The notes below the pieces were generated by a model that was not told the origin of the DNA, searched no databases, and saw only the letters and a program-made list of their open reading frames with translations. The position numbers and the translations under genes were made by a program. DNA of 11,742 bases. Origin: Prevotella sp. Lineage in GTDB: Bacteria > Bacteroidota > Bacteroidia > Bacteroidales > Dysgonomonadaceae. Below are positions 7,004 through 11,742 of this stretch, one piece after another; the stretch's first letter is position 1; each line of letters begins with the position of its first letter. The stretch lies in NCBI GenBank assembly GCA_031285625.1, contig JAITVV010000046.1:1-11742 (forward strand), given 5' to 3'.

Positions 7004-7005
7004 GG

Positions 7006-7884
7006 TTACAGCAAATAATACCCGTCAATTTTTGTAATGGCACTCCCTCCAAAAAGGACTTTATTATTGAGAGTTTTTAATTTTACAATATTGTGATCAT
7101 ACAATTCTGCATTCTGCTCGATTGAAATACTTTCTCCGCCCCATAGCCCATTCTGTAGCATATAATATCCCATTGCTGAATTACCGGATCCTGTTGCAGG
7201 ATCTTCAAGATAGCCAAACTTGGGAGCAAATACTCTTGTTCTTATTTTATTTTCTTTATTAGCTACTTCGGTTGTAAAAGCTAGTATAATATCGATTCCA
7301 TTATTCAGACAAAAATCTTTTAATGTTGATTCAGTTGGCTTTAACTTTAAGGTGCTTTCCAAATTTGTAATGGGGACTATTAATGTTTTCAACCCGGCAT
7401 CAATCAGCATAACCGGATATTCTGTACTTATTTCGTCCGGGCTTATTTCCAGATTCTTACTTATATCCTTTGTTCCTATCTTAACTGATAAATATTCGGG
7501 ATCAGGGGCTGTAATAAAAACAGCATTTAGAGAACTGAGCTCATTATATATTGCAAGACTTCCTCTGTTGGTTCGGATAGTTATCTTTTTCGTTTGTTTT
7601 AATTCGGTATCACTTGCAATAAGGCTATACATGCATGCAATTGTACCATGTCCGCAGAATTCCACTTCACATTCTGAAGAAAAATATCTTAATTCATACA
7701 AATCTTTACTTATTGGTTTACAAAAAATAACTTCAGATACAAATCCTTTGTGTTCGATTGCTATATTGAGCATATCATGATCTGATAGCTGTTGATCTGG
7801 CTTGAGATATATACATGCTGCGGGATTTCCTTTAGACTCTCCCACAGAGAAAGCATCCAACTTCTGGTAAATAAACTTTTCCAT
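7006..7884 (-). CDS. PhzF family (DAP-epimerase fold) isomerase
   Basis: From ATG 7884: DAFS...GNPAA, SE, EVEFCGHGT, RVFAP and EDPATGS. This start avoids overlap with the upstream gene. Confidence 0.92.
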   Translation of the reverse strand: MEKFIYQKLDAFSVGESKGNPAACIYLKPDQQLSDHDMLNIAIEHKGFVSEVIFCKPISKDLYELRYFSSECEVEFCGHGTIACMYSLIASDTELKQTKKITIRTNRGSLAIYNELSSLNAVFITAPDPEYLSVKIGTKDISKNLEISPDEISTEYPVMLIDAGLKTLIVPITNLESTLKLKPTESTLKDFCLNNGIDIILAFTTEVANKENKIRTRVFAPKFGYLEDPATGSGNSAMGYYMLQNGLWGGESISIEQNAELYDHNIVKLKTLNNKVLFGGSAITKIDGYYLL

Positions 7885-7888
7885 AAGA

Positions 7889-8674
7889 TTATATATAAAT
7901 CTCTCCAATTAGATATAACATGCATCGCCCACTGATTTCAACTCTTTCTCCTAAATCTTTACATGACAAATATCCTTTTCGGGCAGATAATTGAATTGCA
8001 GATAATTCACTCTTATTTAATTTCCCGGCCCATATTGGAATTAGTGTTGTATGGGCTGATCCTGTCACAGGATCTTCATTAATACCTACTTGAGGTGCAA
8101 AGAACCTTGATACGAAATCGACACTATCACCTTCTGCTGTGATAATTACTCCCCGGCCTTCTAATTTAGCAATCGAGTTTAAATCAGGTTTTATATTTCT
8201 TATGTCACTCTCTTTTTCAAATACTAATAGATAGTCTGTCTTTCCTTTAAATGCAGATTTGGGCTTAATGTCAAAGCAAGCTGTTAGTTCAGGAGATAAG
8301 TCTATCTCTTTGATCACATCGGTGGGAAAATTTAGTGATAACTCATCTTCCTTTTTCGTTATTGTAAGTGCTCCGCTTCTTGGCGAATGAAGATGGATAA
8401 TATCGCCTATATGATTTTCTAAATTGAATAAGACAAATGCTGTGGCAAGTGTTGCATGTCCGCATAGATCTACCTCTGCGGCAGGTGTGAACCATCTGAT
8501 CTCGTATTTATCATTCTTTTTAACATAAAATGCAGTTTCAGCGAGATTATTTTCCATCACTATTTTTTGCATTAAATCATCGCTAAGCCATTTCTCTAAA
8601 GGGCAAACAGCTGCGGGATTTCCAGAAAAAACTTCATTGGCAAATGCATCTACCTGATATATCTTTTGCTTCAT
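7889..8674 (-). CDS. PhzF family (DAP-epimerase fold) isomerase, YddE-like
   Basis: From ATG 8674: YQVDAF...GNPAAV, NLAETAF, RWFTPAAEVDLCGHATLA, SRFFAP and EDPVTGSAH. Confidence 0.94.
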   Translation of the reverse strand: MKQKIYQVDAFANEVFSGNPAAVCPLEKWLSDDLMQKIVMENNLAETAFYVKKNDKYEIRWFTPAAEVDLCGHATLATAFVLFNLENHIGDIIHLHSPRSGALTITKKEDELSLNFPTDVIKEIDLSPELTACFDIKPKSAFKGKTDYLLVFEKESDIRNIKPDLNSIAKLEGRGVIITAEGDSVDFVSRFFAPQVGINEDPVTGSAHTTLIPIWAGKLNKSELSAIQLSARKGYLSCKDLGERVEISGRCMLYLIGEIYI

Positions 8675-8701
8675 TTTGATTTGGGTTAATTGAGAAATTA
8701 T

Positions 8702-8734
8702 CAAATATAAACTATAAAGAAAAGAAAGATCAAC
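8702..8734 (-). promoter_or_regulatory. Promoter for the phzF-phzF-ant(6) operon
   Basis: Minus-strand TATATTTG (8709-8702) as the -7 box. GTTG at 8734-8731 with a 21-bp spacer is an imperfect -33 candidate. Confidence 0.6.
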
Positions 8735-8754
8735 GAAAAAGAGGTCTATTTTAT

Positions 8755-8762
8755 TAAATTTG
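8755..8762 (+). promoter_or_regulatory. -7 promoter box for the yjbQ operon
   Basis: TAAATTTG matches TAnnTTTG, 18 bp upstream of ATG 8781; divergent from the phzF promoter. Confidence 0.6.
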
Positions 8763-8780
8763 TGTCTAAATGAATAAAAA

Positions 8781-9191
8781 ATGGTATCACAAAATGAATT
8801 TTCACTACAGGCTAAAAGAAGAGGGTTTCATTTAATAACAAACGAAATATTGCAAAACCTGCCGGAGCTCCCCGAAAGTGGTCTTCTCAACCTGTTTATC
8901 AAGCATACTTCTGCGGCATTAACGATCAATGAGAATGCTGATCCTGATGTTCTTGATGATATGGAACGTATCTTTAATCAGTTAGTTAAAGAGCGGGAGC
9001 CCTATTATACACATACTTTGGAAGGATCGGATGATATGCCAGCACATGCCAAATCAACAATTGCAGGGGTTAGCTTAAATATACCGATCACAAATGGTAA
9101 ACTAAATATGGGTATGTGGCAGGGGATATATTTGTGTGAATTCCGCAATCGCAGTGGTAGTCGTAAAATTGTAGCTACAATAATCAGTTAA
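8781..9191 (+). CDS. yjbQ: YjbQ/UPF0047 family protein (secondary thiamine-phosphate synthase)
   Basis: 136 aa. Motifs RRGFHLIT, HTSAALTINENADPDV, HTLEGSDDMPAHAKS and GMWQGIYLCEFR. Confidence 0.95.
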   Translation: MVSQNEFSLQAKRRGFHLITNEILQNLPELPESGLLNLFIKHTSAALTINENADPDVLDDMERIFNQLVKEREPYYTHTLEGSDDMPAHAKSTIAGVSLNIPITNGKLNMGMWQGIYLCEFRNRSGSRKIVATIIS

Positions 9192-9202
9192 TAAGCAATA
9201 AA

Positions 9203-9757
9203 ATGGATTTAGATAAAATTTCCGAGGAACGGCTTTTCCAGAATAATACCAAAGAAGAAATACAACATTGGTGTCAGCATTTACATTATTTTTATTACAT
9301 GCGTGCCCGTGGAGGACATAATTGTGAAGGCGATTCATTTTGTGCTTATTTAAAGTATGACAATAAAGACGATATAAAAACTAAATTAGCTCAAATAGGG
9401 GTAACATTAAATAAACTTGAAGAAGGTTTTATTGCATTTGATCCATTAGAGTCTTATTCTCTTGATGACCTGGATAAACTTAGGATAACAATTCCACAAT
9501 TTAGTGATTTTGAGCAACCTCAATATGTCAAGGTATTGGGCTACAAAGTCCATATATGGATAATGGAAAACCGTTTTGAAATATCTGTTTCCGGAACTAA
9601 AGATGACAGAACATATAAAGTATCTGAAGAGGACTTTAATGTTTGCGTCGAACTGGAAAAAGAGTTTGATAAACTAAACTGGAAATCTATTCTTGATGAA
9701 GAGATAAAAACGCAAGTTCATTGTATATCCAAAGATAAATATCCCGAATTATTCTGA
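9203..9757 (+). CDS. Hypothetical protein
   Basis: 184-aa ORF with ATG start and protein-like composition, 11 bp after yjbQ and 25 bp before the DUF1801 gene. No family recognised. Confidence 0.8.
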   Translation: MDLDKISEERLFQNNTKEEIQHWCQHLHYFYYMRARGGHNCEGDSFCAYLKYDNKDDIKTKLAQIGVTLNKLEEGFIAFDPLESYSLDDLDKLRITIPQFSDFEQPQYVKVLGYKVHIWIMENRFEISVSGTKDDRTYKVSEEDFNVCVELEKEFDKLNWKSILDEEIKTQVHCISKDKYPELF

Positions 9758-9782
9758 CTTTATTCGTTGATATAAGAAAAGT

Positions 9783-10154
9783 ATGAATATTGATGACCTT
9801 TATAATTATTACCTCGAACAGGAAGAGCCTCAAAAAAGTTGTTTACTTGCTCTGCGTAGTATTATTCTAGCGCAGGATAAAGATATCTCTGAGACAATAA
9901 AATATGGGATGCCCTGTTTTTGCTATAAAAAAAAGATGTTTTGTTATCTATGGACCGATATTAAAACCAAGGAGCCCTATATTCTCTTTGTTGAGGGTAA
10001 ACTTCTTAATCATCCTGAACTGGAAATAGGTAAGCGCTCACGAATGAAAATACTGAGAATTAATCCGGAAGAGGACATACCCATTCTATTTATCAAATCT
10101 TTATTAGATGATGCATTGAATTTGTATAGAAATGGAGTTATATTAATTAAATAG
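9783..10154 (+). CDS. DUF1801 (YdhG-like) domain protein
   Basis: 123 aa. Pattern YY..QEEPQKSCLLALRSIIL...ISETIKYGMPCF...GKRSRMKILRI is typical of DUF1801. Confidence 0.85.
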   Translation: MNIDDLYNYYLEQEEPQKSCLLALRSIILAQDKDISETIKYGMPCFCYKKKMFCYLWTDIKTKEPYILFVEGKLLNHPELEIGKRSRMKILRINPEEDIPILFIKSLLDDALNLYRNGVILIK

Positions 10155-10155
10155 G

Positions 10156-11547
10156 TTATTTGCCGATACAGAACTTACTAAATATATGTCCCAATATTTC
10201 ATCTGTAGAAATTTGACCTGTTATTTCACCGAGGTAGTACATACACTCACGAATATCCTGCGAAAGAAAATCCCCTGATATTTTTAGATCTAACCCCTCT
10301 GTTACACGTTGTATTGCAATCAAAGCTTTTTGTAGGGCCTCGTAATGGCGGACATTAGAGACAATCACATCTTGTTCACTAATTTTGGGGATACTGGCAG
10401 CTTGAATGAGTAAATCTTCCAATATATTTGTTCCTTGCTCATATTTAGCGGAAATAAATATACGTTCTGGTATTTTATCTGAAAGCAACTTTTCTTTTTC
10501 AGCTTTTCTTTCCGCTGAAATAATATCAACTTTATTATACACAAGAATCAGTTTCTTATCCTCTGCAAGAGGTAATATCTTTTTTGCCAATTGTTCGATA
10601 TGCTCATTTGAAGTTTCAGCATCTACTATCCAAAGCACGATATTAGCCTGCTTTATCTTCTTAAATGTACGCTCTATGCCAATACTTTCTATTACATCAA
10701 CTGTATCACGTATACCCGCAGTATCAATCAGCCGAAAGGTCAATCCCTGTATATTGATCGTATCTTCAATTACATCACGAGTGGTTCCATGTATATCCGA
10801 GACTATAGCTTTATCCTCATGTAGCAGAAAGTTTAATAATGTTGACTTACCAGCATTGGTTTCCCCGATAATGGCTACTGGAATGCCGTTTTTCACAGCA
10901 TTACCCAGACTGAAAGAATCTGCCAGTTTCTTTATATGTAACTCTATCTGATGTGCGGCATCCTTTAGATGTTCTCTATTCGCAAATTCTACATCTTCTT
11001 CCGAAAAATCTAATTCAAGTTCTATTAATGAAGTAAAATTTAACAATTCTGCTCGTAATTCAACCAACTTATTACTGAAGCCTCCGCGCATTTGGTTCAT
11101 TGCAAGACGATGTGTAGCAGCGGAAGAAGAGGCAATCAAATCAGCTACTGATTCTGCCTGGGATAAGTCCATCTTCCCATTCAAAAAAGCCCGTTGAGTA
11201 AACTCTCCCGGCTGAGCTAAAGAGGCGCCTACAGAAATAAGTAGTTGTAAGATATTTTGTTGAATATATACAGAACCATGACAGGATATCTCTACAATAT
11301 CTTCGCCAGTAAAAGAATGTGGTGATCTGAATACACTTATTAGCACATCATCTAGCGCCGTATCATCTTTAATTATAGAGCCAAACTGAACAGTATATGC
11401 CTTTGCATTGGTAAGTTTACTTCCCTTTGGAGATTTAAAAATGTTATCGACCAGTTCGATACAACCTTTACCGGAAAGACGGATGATGGCTATTCCTCCT
11501 ATACCGGCAGGAGTAGAAATGGCGGCTATTATGGTATTTTCTTGCAT
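10156..11547 (-). CDS. mnmE: tRNA uridine-5-carboxymethylaminomethyl(34) synthesis GTPase MnmE
   Basis: TIIAAISTPAGIGGIAIIRLSG, GEFTQRAFLNGKMDL, G1 GETNAGKS, GTTRD, DTAG, NKVD and C-terminal FCIGK. ATG 11547 (MQENT) is preferred over TTG 11556. Confidence 0.98.
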   Translation of the reverse strand: MQENTIIAAISTPAGIGGIAIIRLSGKGCIELVDNIFKSPKGSKLTNAKAYTVQFGSIIKDDTALDDVLISVFRSPHSFTGEDIVEISCHGSVYIQQNILQLLISVGASLAQPGEFTQRAFLNGKMDLSQAESVADLIASSSAATHRLAMNQMRGGFSNKLVELRAELLNFTSLIELELDFSEEDVEFANREHLKDAAHQIELHIKKLADSFSLGNAVKNGIPVAIIGETNAGKSTLLNFLLHEDKAIVSDIHGTTRDVIEDTINIQGLTFRLIDTAGIRDTVDVIESIGIERTFKKIKQANIVLWIVDAETSNEHIEQLAKKILPLAEDKKLILVYNKVDIISAERKAEKEKLLSDKIPERIFISAKYEQGTNILEDLLIQAASIPKISEQDVIVSNVRHYEALQKALIAIQRVTEGLDLKISGDFLSQDIRECMYYLGEITGQISTDEILGHIFSKFCIGK

Positions 11548-11624
11548 AAGAATCAAGTTGTTTAGGATGTAAAGTTACATAGTTTTTATCAATATTGCTT
11601 AAAATAAAAGAAGGCTGATTATTA

Positions 11625-11742
11625 TGAACTAGCCCCTAAAAGTTGGACAGATTAAATATTTAATATTTAGAATGAGTTCGGTATTTAACCGGGCTCATTC
11701 CATTTAACGACAGTTTGATTCTGTCATTGTTATAATAATAGA
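11625..11742 (-). mobile_element. IS3-family insertion sequence (IS150-like), right end; continues beyond the window
   Basis: Terminal sequence TGAACTAGCCCCTAAAAGTTGGACA begins with 5'-TG and resembles IS3/IS150-group IRs. It is adjacent to a transposase C-terminus. Confidence 0.85.
11660..11742 (-). CDS. IS3-family transposase OrfB, C-terminal fragment (partial)
   Basis: Hand translation from 11740: YYYNNDRIKLSLNGMSPVKYRTHSKY*, matching the IS3 OrfB tail YN..RI...L.G.SP..YR. Confidence 0.88.
   Translation of the reverse strand, partial: YYYNNDRIKLSLNGMSPVKYRTHSKY

Noticed and set aside
7220-7780. 186-aa plus-strand ORF
   Set aside because: Antisense shadow of phzF2; no motif.
7006-8674. 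Phenazine biosynthesis cluster
   Set aside because: No phzA/B, D, E or G genes present; PhzF-like proteins are widespread outside phenazine producers.
9102-9338. 78-aa minus-strand ORF
   Set aside because: Overlaps yjbQ and the next gene on the opposite strand.
10406-10951. 181-aa plus-strand ORF
   Set aside because: Antisense shadow of mnmE.
1-11742. CRISPR array, prophage or recognisable defence system
   Set aside because: No regularly spaced repeats and no cas, phage or known defence genes were seen.

Overview
AT-rich chromosomal window from a Bacteroidota organism. This is inferred from repeated TAnnTTTG -7 promoter boxes and the gene content; a Dysgonomonas-like member of Bacteroidales is a guess. 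From left to right: a GC-rich, highly structured non-coding element cut by the window edge; two GNAT acetyltransferases; tRNA-Leu(TAG); a CDGSH [2Fe-2S] protein gene missed by the ORF track and interrupted by an in-frame TAG inside a structured ~45-nt segment; a TrmH/SpoU methyltransferase; an OmpA/MotB lipoprotein; transaldolase; MarR with a perfect palindromic operator; a DUF554 membrane protein; a tightly coupled PhzF-PhzF-ANT(6) operon; a yjbQ-hypothetical-DUF1801 operon; mnmE; and the right end of an IS3-family element. Most of it is housekeeping plus small accessory genes. The strongest leads are the interrupted CDGSH gene, the pseudoknot-ended 5' element and the PhzF/ANT(6) operon. No large novel system is demonstrable from sequence alone.
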